Shown here: positions 32,117 through 44,123 of the stretch, piece by piece | How positions within the stretch are numbered: position 1 is the first letter of the stretch | Layout of the letters: each line of letters starts with the position of its first letter | Virus record (IMG/VR): IMGVR_UViG_3300042519_003322 | Direction: 5' to 3' (one strand) | Source: an uncultured virus (IMG/VR IMGVR_UViG_3300042519_003322) | Taxonomy: Duplodnaviria; Heunggongvirae; Uroviricota; Caudoviricetes | DNA: 64,000 nt | Position numbers and translations under genes: made by a program | The notes under the pieces: generated by a model | What the model saw: the letters and a program-made list of their open reading frames with translations, nothing else | Told to the model about the DNA's origin: nothing | Database searches by the model: none

Positions 32117-32404
32117 CTACGAGCGTGGCGAGGCTATGGGCAGGTGAATGACCTGCCAAGTGTTTATCTCTGTGCCGTAGATACCGACGAGCCTACTGAT
32201 GACCGCCGATACATCGCCCTCACAATGCTGGTTGGCGATATCCCAGAGAGTTTGCCCACCTGCTACGGACACGGTAGCCCTATCGCACGAAAATCGTGGG
32301 GGCTGGCTCATCTGACCAAATCCCCAAACGATAAGCCAAAGCGAGGCTATGAGTAGGGGTATGAAAACCACCAAACGGCGAACGGCGTACTTATCTACTC
32401 TCAT
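32117..32404 (-). CDS. TM-anchored LysM-like protein starting in motif A (MRVDKY)
   Basis: TM then V.GGQTLWDIA...I..WQVI.LP. Confidence 0.65.
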   Translation of the reverse strand: MRVDKYAVRRLVVFIPLLIASLWLIVWGFGQMSQPPRFSCDRATVSVAGGQTLWDIANQHCEGDVSAVISRLVGIYGTEINTWQVIHLPIASPRS

Positions 32405-32850
32405 ACCGTCACCACGATTGCGATATTTTCCCACGGGTAAGACTTCTCAAAGATGGTCACATCGTTCCCCTTTTCATCGTGCTCAATGCGACGCACTTCT
32501 AGATGAGTTTCGTGAATAATGTATAGATACGCACACCACGCTAACTCTGTGTCTTTGTGTGTGAACAGAGCACCATCATCATCTAGTGCTATGTCTGTGT
32601 GGGCATATCCGTAGCCCTCTACTAGAGCCTTATCCTCGTAGAGGTTAGGCGTGCCACTCTTGGCAAGTGGTTCTATTTGTGACCACGAAGCCGTATCGGT
32701 GATAAGTGTCTGAATGACCTTATCTACTCCATCTCGTGCCACAAGTGCGCCCAATGCGTAGGTCATACGCTCAGGGTAATTGTCCCAATGGCAGTAACGA
32801 CCTTCCCAACCATTTTTGGTGGCTTTTGCCACTATTCCTCTTGTTGCCAT
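32401..32850 (-). CDS. Conserved phage hypothetical protein
   Basis: MATRG...YCHWD.YPE pattern; GAAAGGG RBS. Confidence 0.65.
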   Translation of the reverse strand: MATRGIVAKATKNGWEGRYCHWDNYPERMTYALGALVARDGVDKVIQTLITDTASWSQIEPLAKSGTPNLYEDKALVEGYGYAHTDIALDDDGALFTHKDTELAWCAYLYIIHETHLEVRRIEHDEKGNDVTIFEKSYPWENIAIVVTV

Positions 32851-33105
32851 TTCCTTGCCCTTTCGCTCGGTTTGACTAGATGTCAAAACTATACCGCCAT
32901 AGGTACAGACTTCCAACAGTTATCTATTACCCCCCCCATTTGTGCGACCACACCCAGCGATGGGCAGAAGCCCCGCAGGTCACCGAGCGAAGCGGGGCTT
33001 ATGGCTAAAACCCTCGCCCGAGAGGATTGGGGGGGTAATAGATAATTCAGAAACTTTTATGAAATACTTTTGACAATCCGACACGCAACGCCACTTGTAA
33101 TAAGT

Positions 33106-33411
33106 ATGAGTACCTACTATTCACAAACACCACTCCCGTACACACGCAAGCCACGCCACGAGTGGGATAGGCGTGACTTCTTTGATTACGAGGTGGACTC
33201 GTACTGCCGTTACGCCACTCGTGTCCGTTATCGCTCTCGTGAGTGGCACGAGTTCACAGAACGGTTCTTGCCCCATTGTGAACATTGGAACGGTTGCTGG
33301 GTAGCAGAGGAAGCGTGGCACGAGTTCACGCTATATCTCATACTCCCCGAGGGCGAATACACTCCCGAGGAATACCCCGAGGGTTGGCACTTCCGTAGAG
33401 GTTGCGAATAA
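33106..33411 (+). CDS. Hypothetical protein
   Basis: Divergent gene; followed immediately by motif A on +. Confidence 0.55.
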   Translation: MSTYYSQTPLPYTRKPRHEWDRRDFFDYEVDSYCRYATRVRYRSREWHEFTERFLPHCEHWNGCWVAEEAWHEFTLYLILPEGEYTPEEYPEGWHFRRGCE

Positions 33412-33488
33412 GAGTAGATAAGTCTGCTTACGAGTTATCTACTCTAGTTCGGGCGTGAACTAGAGTAGATAAGTGAGTCAGGGCTACT

Positions 33489-33968
33489 TCAGACTCGGCT
33501 CGCACATACAGGACCGATACCACGCTCAATGCTTGACGGGTCGGTTAGTTCAGCACCACAGATACAGCAGATTGAGTGAAGCACTCCAAGTTCGGCGCAC
33601 TCCTCAACGGTCATACGCATACTTGCCGACAGACGGTACATACCGCCACGCTCGTATGTGAAGCGTTCAGATTTGGTCGTGCCTTCAGGCGTGAAGCGAT
33701 TGGCATATAGGTTGCCTGACTTGCTCGCCTTCACACGGAACACCCCACCATCAGCGTCACGGTACATACCGACTTCCGTTACAGGATTGACTTCAGATTT
33801 TGCTTGCGATTTGTCACGGGTCATACCGTTCATAATGGCAATGATTTGTTTCTCAGATAGCGAACCCTTGACACGGAACTGCTGGAATAGGGAACGATAA
33901 AAGTCATTTTTTGACTGATTATGTTCTAGGTAGGAATATGCCTGTTCTATTTCGGTTTGAGTGGTCAC
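33489..33968 (-). CDS. DUF6011-like zinc-ribbon protein
   Basis: GSLSEKQ; CCICGAELTDPSSIERGIGPVCA. Confidence 0.75.
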   Translation of the reverse strand: MTTQTEIEQAYSYLEHNQSKNDFYRSLFQQFRVKGSLSEKQIIAIMNGMTRDKSQAKSEVNPVTEVGMYRDADGGVFRVKASKSGNLYANRFTPEGTTKSERFTYERGGMYRLSASMRMTVEECAELGVLHSICCICGAELTDPSSIERGIGPVCASRV

Positions 33969-34627
33969 GGTAATCCCCTTTCAGTTGGATACTCTCAGCG
34001 TACCTTATTGGGTACAGGTTTACGGACTTATCTACTCTAATAGCCTTCCCGTTACTGCCGTATATTTTTGAGCTGGCTGGTGGGCTGACGCTGGCTGATT
34101 TATCTATTACCCCCCCACTCGCCCCTGCCTCGCCCTTTTGGGCATAAGCCCCGCTGGTTTGCGCGTGATGCGGGGCTTCTGGCCTCATCTGAAATATCAG
34201 CAGGAAGGTAGAATGATGGGGGACTTATCTACTCTATCTGGCATTGACGGAGCAGATAAGTTGGCACACACCCGGGGTAGTTGCCTACCCCTCGGCCTCT
34301 TCTGCCATTTCGTTCTCCCATTCTGCGTAATGCTTATTACAAAAAATCTCGCGCGTTTTGAGTTTTGGATTATCCTCTCCATAACAACGCTCGCAATGTT
34401 CGTTAGTCCATTCTGTCATTTGACTGCCCCTTTCACTTGGCTACAGCAAGCGTACCACGATGGGTACAGACTTCTAAATCGTGCTTCAGCTCTTTTGATG
34501 TATGAGCCCCGGCAGGTCGCCGAGCGCAGCGGGGCTATTGCCCCAATCCAAACACCGGCTAAGTCGAATGGCAAGACTTATCTACTCTCCTACAACTAGT
34601 CAAGAGAGTAGATAAGTGTGAGCCTAG

Positions 34628-37600
34628 TTATTCGCAATCGTGCCCGTAGGCGTCGTCAGGCGTCATCTGCTTATTACACTCAGGGCAACGCCTAGACGAT
34701 AGGCGTACCCATCTGTCCATCATTGTAGTTAGGACATCGCCAATGATTATCGGCTCTAGGTCATTGTCGGTTTCATTACTCATTGTGAATCCTCGTCTCT
34801 GACTAGCACCAAATAGCAAGCAAATGCGATAGACACAATCGCCGTGATGGTGATGAATGGCAACCAACTCTCGCCATCGGTATTACGGCATATTCCCTCG
34901 GCACACTCGTAAGGTAGGTTCATCGGATTGCCTTAGTCATTCGGCATAGTGCCTCGCTAAGAAAGTAGTACGATTGCCCCAACGACTCGTTGGTGGTCAA
35001 TGGGCAGAATGGTGATTCTACGCCTGCTGAGATTAGGGCTTGGACTTCTGCGATTGCGCTGATTATTTCTTGGACTGTCATTGCCTGCGTCGTGCGCTCG
35101 GCGGTTGTGGTGGTCATATCAGTAGCATACCTTACAAGGTACACACTTGTCAGACTTATCTACTCTAGTAGCGAGGCGATATTTGCGCATTATTCTCATA
35201 CTCCGTAATCCACGCCTTCTAGCATTGGCGTAACTGTCATTAGCCCTGAGCCGTCGTGGTGAGAGAGTACTGCCGTTAGGTGGTGAAGATTGCCTCTTAC
35301 TTCTAATCTCCATTCCGTTCTGTCGGGCGTGATAGCCCGTAATAGTTCTTCGGCGGTATGGGCAACAACTACTCCCCGTAGTGCGCCATTCCATACGGGG
35401 AATCCCTCAATGAGAAACTTGCTACTAACGCTTAGTAGGTCGGTAACTATTTCTCCGAAATATTCCGTAGTCCATTCCCAACAATCGCCGTAGCAATCAT
35501 TACTCGGCGTAGAAACTTCAGTTTCTATATCGTAATCCTCGCAAGAACACTCATTGGTAAATACTGCCGTAGTTGTATTGGTCATATCCGTTCCCTTCAG
35601 TAGTGGATAATCTAACCATACCATTGGCGGTACACACTTGTAAATAGTTATCTACTCTCTATCTCTCGCTAAGACTTATCTACTCTTATTAGTCTCCGTG
35701 AACTCAGCCGTATTCATTCTTGTGTGTACGCCTTCGCCCTCAATCTGCGAGACTTATCTATTACCCCCCCACTACACCTCGCTTCGCCCCTTTGGGGCAG
35801 AAGCCCCGCAGGGCTATGTTGTTGGGCGGGGCTCCAGCTCGCAAGTCTCGCTCGGCTAGGTCGAATGGGGGAACTTATCTACTCTCTCAGGACTAGGCGA
35901 GAGAGAGTAGATAAGCGTAGGTGGCGAAATGCTATAGCCACTCAAATAAATCCCCGTCAGCAATCTCGGAGTAGTCAAGGTCATTCGCATCAGCGATAGC
36001 CTGCCACACCGACTCTTCTGTCAGAGGGGCATCAGGGTCAAGAAAATCTTGCCAAGATGTCGGGTTGGTTGGTTCTGTCATATTCACCCCCAATGCTCGC
36101 CTAGTAGTAATCCGTTCCATAGTTATCTACTCTCAACAACCAGCGAGACGCTCGTAGTAACTCTCCTGAGCGCTCTCGTAGATGGCGGTACGATAACGCT
36201 CAATCCATTCGGCAACCTCAGTAGGTGCTTGTTCTAGGTCTAGTTCACGAACCTTGCCTGAACCATTACAAGCGTCACAATCAATGTCATAATGCCCGTT
36301 CCCGTATGCGCGACGGGTCTCATCATCCCAATCGTTCCAAGTGTCAGGGCTAATTACTCCGAGACGGCGAGAGTGTCCACCGTTGCCCGAACAGTAATCG
36401 CAGATAACCCAATCAAACGCTAGAGATACCGTAGGTATTTCGCCGTCTTTCATAGCGTCAATGACCGCCCTAATTAGGCGAGCGTTCGCCTCATTTATTT
36501 CACTTTCTTTGGCTAGTTGTAGCCCGTCATAATCAATGTTCATTTGATAACCCCTTTCATAGGTATGCCCAAAGATACCAGCAGGGGTACACACTTCTCA
36601 AGAGTTATCTACTCTCATAGCACTACGCCCTCAAATAAATCCGAGTTATCTATTACCCCCCCATTGCGCCTCTGCCTTGCCCCTTTGGGGCAGAAGCCCC
36701 GGAGGTTCGTGGGTCTTATGCGGGGCTCCTGGCCGTAAAAAGAAACGGGCAAGGACTTATCTACTCTAAGTAGTTGGACAAGGACTTATCTACTCTTATT
36801 GGCAGGGCAGGACTTATCTACTCTAAGTAGTCGGGCGTCACCCTAGACCAACTCGTACCATTTCCACTTTGGGGCGTGCTTGCCATAGTCAATATTGTTG
36901 ATTGCCTTCAGTATGGCTCTGAGTTGGATATATTCCTTTTTTACTGCCGTTACTCCAAGATAGGGAACTGGCAGGGATATGCGACCAAAAGTAAAAATAT
37001 CGTTGAGTTCTTTATGGGTCTCGGCAATAAGAACACACTCGGCGTATCGCTCGGCTACGGTCTTGGGGTCTCGGTGAGTTGGCAGTAAGGCTAGGACTGT
37101 TTTGGCTCGTGCTTTGAGAGCCTCTGCTTCCTCGTGAGTAAGTGTCCTATGGTTCACTAGGGCGTCTGTCGTTTCATTCATCACTTATCTACTCTCTGGG
37201 CAGTCTGCGTACGGGTTGTCTTGACCTTCATTGTCCTCGCACAAACACCACCCAAACCGTTCTACTTGGGTAATGTGCGTGAGTTCTGCTAGTTCACCCC
37301 AACTAATAGAGTCGTCATTTATTTCACTCATCACTTATCTACTCTCCATTCACGGTGATAGTGGTTTTGTAACTTGCGCTGACTTTTGTTCGTATGTCGG
37401 CGTCTTGTGGAATGAGTGTATCCCATTCTGTAATTTGGTTGTATATCGCTGAGATGGTTTCATCGTTGAGTCGTTCTGACAGAAACAAGTTCCAGCCCAG
37501 ACCAGCACCGTGACAGTCCAGAACTAAGATGGCGTGGAATTGACCTTTACGGGTTTCTATTGCCAAGTGCCAGCCTTCATCATTCTCGTTGTCAAATGTG

Positions 37601-39974
37601 CGCTCTAGGTTCTTGCGTTCTGCTTCAGACATAATGTCGTCAAGTGTGTTCCACGCTTTGATTGTTCCCGTTAGTGGGCGGTATGCGATGTTGATGTCCA
37701 TTTCGTATCCCCTTTCAGTTGGATATCCAAAGAGTACCACCCTATGGACAGACTTCCAACTTATCTACTCTAAGTAGAGTCGGTCGTCAGTAGGGTAGGT
37801 ATTGCCCGTGTGCTTCGGTGCGACGCATATTGGGCTGATGCTCGTCAAACATCTCGTTGAGTATTTCTGTTACCAAAGCCAAAATGTCCTGAACGGTTTC
37901 GTCTCTGGCAATGCCATAGACAAGGTTGCCATATGAGTCACGACCCAACTCGTTGCGGTCAATGTCAAAAGTGATTGCTTGCGCCCATTCCTCAACGGTC
38001 TGAGTGTCGCCATTGTGGGCTATTTCGGGGATTATATTCCCAAGGACATTTTTGAGTGCCTGCGTAAGTTCGCTCGGCAAGTTGTTGTTGTTCATAACCG
38101 CAATGTACCACTATGGGTACAGACTTTCCAACTTATCTATTACCCCCCCATTGTGCCGACCATTGCCCCAGCGAAGCATAAGCCCCGCAGGCCACCGTGC
38201 GAGGCGGGGCTCCTGCCCAAAACAAATCACCGGTACACTCGAATGGTCGGGGACTTATCTACTCTCTCGGCAATAGTCCAAGAGAGTAGATAAGTAGGTG
38301 ACTAGAACTCAATCATTTCGGCTTCGGGCTTGCCCTCTGCCCTTTCGCGTGCCTCTGCCTCTGCCTCGTCGCGTTCCATCTGTGCCTCGCGACGCAAGCA
38401 ATCACGCTCGTACTGCTCAAGGTCATCAACCTCGTTATCGTCGTCCCAATCCTCGTCGTATGCGTCATTCCACATTTCGTATCCCCTTTCAGTTGGATAT
38501 CCATATCGTACCCTACGAGGTACAGGCTTCTAGGACTTATCTACTCTAAGAGTCGGGGGCTATCACGCCCACCATTCTCTCATTGTTCCCACCAATCGCT
38601 CAGGGCTTCACGAAGTGCGCCTACGCCCTCGCTACCCATATCCTCAACCTTGTCGGGGGTATTCGCCCGACGCATAATGGTAGTGAAACCCTCGGCACTC
38701 ATACAATTCACGATACGCACACGAATACGCTCGGGGTGTTGGCTGGGTCGGATTTCACCATCGGTACTAGGCGAGGCGAAACCCGTAATGACTAGCGCAA
38801 CGGCGTTCAGGCTGTCGGGTCGGCTGGTTATCTCCAACAGTTCGTAAGGATTGTCTCCCGAACTCAACAGGTACGCCCCATCATCATCGCACCCGTAAAG
38901 TAGTGCGCTCATCGTGAATGGGTCGGCTGAAGTCCTATGTACCAATTCGTCTATGGTCTTAGCGATAGTAGAAATGCTCATCGCTCAACTCCGATGTGGG
39001 CTAGTGCTTCCAACACATTGTGGAAGTAGTGCCCGTAGAAACAGTCCCAACCGCTCTCGGTGAGAATGACAGTCCACGAGGCGTAAGCGTGGAAGTTCTG
39101 CCCTTCACGGACTGCTACTACTTGCCAAGTAGCGAAAGTATCGCCACCCCATTGGTCGGGGTCGGCAGGCTTGTAGTCCTGTAACTTGCGGAACGCAATA
39201 ACAGTTGCCTCATTGCGTAGGCGAGTGCCTACGGACATCTCGGCGGTGGTGTGGTCAAACTCGGTTTCGGTAGTGGTCATAGCAGAACTATACCGCCTCA
39301 GGTACAGACTTATCTACTCTAGTAGTGCCGTTGTTCCGACGCTCGGAATTATCTATTACCCCCCCAGTCGGCTCGGGCGTACCGGTGGTTTGTTTCGGGC
39401 AGAAGCCCCGCAGTTGGGGCGAGTATGGCGGGGCTTTTGCCCGCAATCGCCACTCACCCTTCTCGAATGTGTCACATCAACTGCCACATTCGAGAAGGTG
39501 CGGTCGGGGGGCTTATCTACTCTCCCTCGGAACCGAATGAGGGAGAGTAGATAAAGAGGCTCAGTAGAGCGAGAACCCGTCGTCGTCCCACGATGACATC
39601 ACGAACTCGGTGGCGAACCCATCGCCGAAACACTTGCCAAGGAACTTGACCCAATCGTTCTGCTCGCCCACATCACTCCACTTGGCTTGTGTCAGGGCGA
39701 ACACCATACTCACGGCGATTGTGGCGAGGAGGTTTCTTTCGGGATAGTCGGTGACAACCTCATCGTCATCGTCAGACTCCCAAGGAAAGCCGCAGCGACC
39801 CTCGGTAGCGGCACGGTAGTCCTCGTAGTCCATGTTCTCCCGAGCGTAATCTCGACGCTCGTCGGGAACTGACGGGCTCATATTGGCTAGCAAACTGTAG
39901 TGGTCTGAGAAAACCCCAGCCACGATGGACATAGCGGTCGCCTGCGATACGCTCGGCATTTGTGTTGTTGTCAC
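34628..39974 (-). CDS. Run of small leftward cassette genes (34920-35117, 35196-35585, 36133-36543 CxxCxGxG Zn finger, 36843-37184, 37185-37331, 37339-37701, 37787-38095, 38302-38475, 38580-38981, 38978-39280, 39561-39974 and others)
   Basis: Each cassette follows a family promoter with a GAAAGGGG-type RBS or a leaderless start; 37185-37331 and 38302-38475 translated manually. Confidence 0.6.
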
Positions 39975-40234
39975 GCCCAAAGAGTACCACCATAGGGACA
40001 GGCTTACGAAGTTCTGTCATACGGGCTGACACATTCGAGAAGGCTGAGTATTGTCATATGAGCCGACACATTCGAGAAGGTCAATTTTGGCAAAAGCCCC
40101 GCAGGTTTGCCGAGTGCAGCGGGGCTGTTCCCTGAAACGGAACGCCGAGGCGAGATGGGGGGGTAATAGATAACTTGGAAGTCTGTCCGTCGTATGGTAC
40201 GCTCATCTCATCCAACTGAAAGGGGATATCAAAA

Positions 40235-41562
40235 ATGTCAGATACAGCACTCAAAACGAAAGTCATCGGCGCAATCGCTGATGGAACAATCGTCGGTGAT
40301 GGACACACCATCTACCTGCCGTCGTTCTACGCTCCACACTTCAGCGAGGCAGAACTACGCAAGGCGAAGCTCATCCACACTCACAAGTCGGACACATCCG
40401 ATTACAAGTCCACCATCTTTGACAAAGACGGGAAGCCGATGGAGAAGTTGGAAGGCGTCTACAACCTCAACTTCCTGTATTGGCTCTGTGGTGCGCTCGG
40501 CGTGAACTCACACAACGATTACAACGGCCGTGGTTCACAAGCACAAGAACTCGCCCGTCGTATCCGTGACGCAGTCAAGTAGAGAGTAGATAAGTCATGG
40601 ACACCGCCTACATCGTTCCCGCAGCACTAATGCGAGGATACGCACGAGGAGACAACGACGCTCTCACACTCGCAGAGAAAGACCACTCCCCCCTATCGGG
40701 GGAGTGGGCTGGCGAGAGTATGACCGAACTCCTCGGTGACCTGATTGCTCTCGCAGAGAATGATGAACACGCTGACGAAGTCTGCTTGGCGTATGAGCGA
40801 GGGTACTCGGCTGGATACGACCATCGCACAAGTCGAATGCTCCCCCAGTAATAGAGTAGATAAGTCTCACTCTCCCTTATCGTGCCGGTATTCTGATTTC
40901 GGGGGAAGCCCCGCTGGTCTGCGTGCGGTGCGGGGCTCTTGCCGTTTTTCCGAGTGCCGCGGAAATGGGTGGGTAATAGATAAGTTCGGGATTCTGTCCC
41001 TGTAGTGGTACAGTTTGGATATGACCAACACACTCACACATCACCTGCGCTTTGCGCTCGCCTCTGCCCTCTTGCGCCCTGTCTTTTGGGTCTGCCCAAA
41101 ACGCTTCGCTAATGGTCTTAATACGGAACTAAATGACCGTAGAGAAGGGGAGTCAGGATACGGCGTCAAGGAAACAATTTCCCGCTCTTTCTTTCTCAGG
41201 GAATATGGTCGCTGGGGCAGATTCGGCGACGAAAGAGGCTTTGATGTTCTGAGTTGTCGCAACCGCTCACTACGCTCGCGCCTGCGCTTTGCGTTCGCCA
41301 CCGCTCTCGCTCTCCTTGCCTTTCAGGTCTACCCATTCACAAACGAGAAAGAAGGTTACTGATTATGAACAAACAAGAAGCGCAGCGCTTTGCCAAAAAG
41401 AGGACACTGCCCGAACTCTACGAGATTATTCGCCTGAGTTCGGACTACGAGCGAACCGATGAGAACCTGCTCATCGTGGCTGTAGTAGACGCCGAGATTC
41501 GCAACCGAGTGGGGCAGGACCACCCCGTTGGTTTGGCGAGCATTCTCGCTCCCCGACCCTGA
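40235..41562 (+). CDS. Four rightward cassette genes (40235-40582, 40597-40851, 41021-41362, 41365-41562)
   Basis: Promoters at 40175 and 40986 and motifs A/B all flipped to the + strand. Confidence 0.65.
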
Positions 41563-42226
41563 CAGTAGAGTAGATAAGTTCCCCCATTCGGGCAGATGGG
41601 GGTCTTATTCTCTCGGGAGCCCCGCTGCCCACCCGGCCTTCACCTCGAGATTAGAAACGTTCACCCCTCGAGATTAGAAATCCTCATTCATCAAGCCCGC
41701 TGATAAAGCGAGAAAAGCTTCATTTATGTCCCGTATCACACTATTTTTGTACTCTTCTTTTGTGAGACGTATCACGAGCGTTTCTCTATCGCGTACAAAT
41801 GGGTCGCCCGCAGGCCACTCCTCCTCCATAGGTATTTCGAGCGTGTACCAGGTGCGATTTTCTGTTTTGTGAATTTTGTATTTACGGACTCTCTCTACTG
41901 TTGAGTCAAGACGAATTTTGTCAATATCTTCATTGTGGGCCATAACCAATAGCTTACTTCTTCTTGCCACCTCTGCTTGTCTACTTTGTGGCCCGGGCAT
42001 ACAGGGCAGGTAGGTAGCTCGGTGAGTAAAACGAGACAATAGAAGGTAGGGTTTATGGCTCGGGGCCGACGACCTGTCAAGTCGTTGGTTAAATGAGGTG
42101 AGTACCAAGCACTTGATGTGAGCCGAGTGAACAGTTATGCTGCTCGCGATGAAGCCAGCCATTGTGTGAGAGAACGGCCGAACCCCGGAACACTCGCCGA
42201 ATATAAAGATGAACGAAAGGAATCAT

Positions 42227-42817
42227 ATGCCCTACGACAAAAACAACAAATGGGTTAAAAGCCCAAGCAGGACAGCGCCTACCAATCATGTTCGACCAGG
42301 AACAAGCAAACTAATCAAAGATGACGACATGAGGGGCTGGTTAATGCTTCAGAAATGGTCTGATTTCGCTCAAAGCCTCTACGATTATTGCCTAAATAAT
42401 GGCGGCTTCACTGAGAAACAATTGATGGCTGCAGAAAAATTGCGAATCAAAGTCGACTCCACATATGACCCTTATGGCAAAGGGATTTGGGAGGGGGTAT
42501 ACATAGATGACGAAGATAAATATATCTTTAAAATTTCCATTGTTACCAAAAATAATAACGAGCAAGTACGGTCAATCAGAAAACGTTTAATAGACATGCC
42601 TGGATGGTCGGACATTAAGTTGGCATCTAATAAGGCGTTGCTATTCGGGTGCATTAAGGCCGGCACTTACCGCATGCTAAACGACGATGAGCTCGTAGAC
42701 ATTGGAAGAAGAACCGGTATATGCTGCGACTGCGGAAAAGTTCTTGACAATCCTAAAAGCATTGCAGCAGGCATCGGACCATATTGTGCGAAAATGCGCA
42801 GCCAAAGCAATCAATAA
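42227..42817 (+). CDS. DUF6011-like zinc-ribbon protein (second copy)
   Basis: GGFTEKQ; CCDCGKVLDNPKSIAAGIGPYCA; GAAAGG RBS. Confidence 0.75.
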   Translation: MPYDKNNKWVKSPSRTAPTNHVRPGTSKLIKDDDMRGWLMLQKWSDFAQSLYDYCLNNGGFTEKQLMAAEKLRIKVDSTYDPYGKGIWEGVYIDDEDKYIFKISIVTKNNNEQVRSIRKRLIDMPGWSDIKLASNKALLFGCIKAGTYRMLNDDELVDIGRRTGICCDCGKVLDNPKSIAAGIGPYCAKMRSQSNQ

Positions 42818-43603
42818 GAAGGAAAAATATGACAAGCAGAGATACTTACGACATTCTCACCTACGAAGAAGAACAGGAAGAATCTATGAACGGAATCAAT
42901 ATCCAAATCAACACACTTGTAGACGCAATGATTGACGCGGAGAAGTGTTTGTTCCATAACAGCCCGGACAACCTGATGGTGAACTCTTTGCTGAGAGAAG
43001 TAGCCGGTGTCGAGGAAACGAAGAGCCCCTTTGTTTTCCGTGGCTCGCATCCGGATTTACCCGTAGGCAAGTAACCATCGTGCTCGTGAACATCACAGTC
43101 CGCAACAACCAAAGAGGCCAATGCGAGATTTGTCATCTCAAGTCGTTCAGGTACAGTAGATGGTCGCACGTACAGATGTGGTACAAGAATCACAAGTGCG
43201 TCGACGGAATAAAGACTTCCCGCAATGGCTCGATGTCGGTAGGTGTCCGATGAGATACCTTCTGCCTGAACCATTTTGCTGCGAAGCTCAACGACCCGAT
43301 GGATTTACCTACCATCAGTTCGTAACCGTGTGCGACACTTGCTTGACGCAATTCCCCTATTATGATTGTTACTGCGAGTTAGAACACGAAGATTGTAACG
43401 AGTCAACGAAACGTGCGAATATCGCCTACCGAGAGAGCAACCGATGAATAACAAACTTTATAGCAGTTTTGAGAATTGGAAATTATCACGCAAGGAACTC
43501 AAAAGGCAGCGCCAGCTTGATAACTTCGCCACCGGTGAAGGTGCGTCTGGCGAGTCGGAAATTGATTGGCTCTCTGACGTAGTACGTCACGGAGAGTAGA
43601 TAA

Positions 43604-44056
43604 CTACTCGTTATTTGCTGCTGTCTCTGTATCGTCGATACCGGAGACTATTTCCTGAGCGATTAGCTTTGCGTACTTCCTACGTAGCCGCCAGATTTTG
43701 CGGTTCATCTCTATCATCTGCGTACTCATACGGGCTTTTGTAATTGCGTCATCATCAAATACGCCGTGGATACTAAACAGTGCGTCGTGAATTTCGGTAT
43801 CTTCTATGAGTATGTCCGAAATCCAGCCCGCACGAGTGTCTATGGCCATCATCAGTTCGCATAATCCCTCTACCCCGAATTCGTGATAAAAACGATTTAC
43901 GACAATGTTACAGAAGTGCGCCTGATACATCTTTTGAGCCTTCTGTGATTGAGACATAAACTCCGATAGCCACACGGCAAGTTCGGCACTCGACTTGTCG
44001 TCGAAATCATCTGTATCGTCATCAGCGTAGTCGTCGTCGTCTCTATCATTGGACAT
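43604..44056 (-). CDS. Hypothetical acidic protein
   Basis: AGGAG RBS. Confidence 0.55.
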   Translation of the reverse strand: MSNDRDDDDYADDDTDDFDDKSSAELAVWLSEFMSQSQKAQKMYQAHFCNIVVNRFYHEFGVEGLCELMMAIDTRAGWISDILIEDTEIHDALFSIHGVFDDDAITKARMSTQMIEMNRKIWRLRRKYAKLIAQEIVSGIDDTETAANNE

Positions 44057-44123
44057 ACTTTTCTCCTGCATTCTCCGCACCACACACACGGCGACGATAA
44101 ATAAATGATAACAGCGATAAACG

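Larger units (their letters stand above)
23367..40937. repeat. Spaced inverted repeat AGCCCCG-N17-19-CGGGGCT, about 15 copies
   Basis: Starts at 23367, 26336, 28481, 29533, 30284, 31938, 32969, 34147, 34505, 35802, 36695, 38181, 39404, 40095, 40907. Confidence 0.92.

Noticed and set aside
36750..36830. Triple AGGACTTATCTACTCT (also 23210-23275) resembling a mini-CRISPR
   Set aside because: Period only 21-29 bp, spacers too short, no cas genes; these are clustered motif A copies
23367..40937. CCCCG...CGGGG repeats as type I-E CRISPR repeats
   Set aside because: Loop is 17-19 nt and variable, and copies are separated by whole genes
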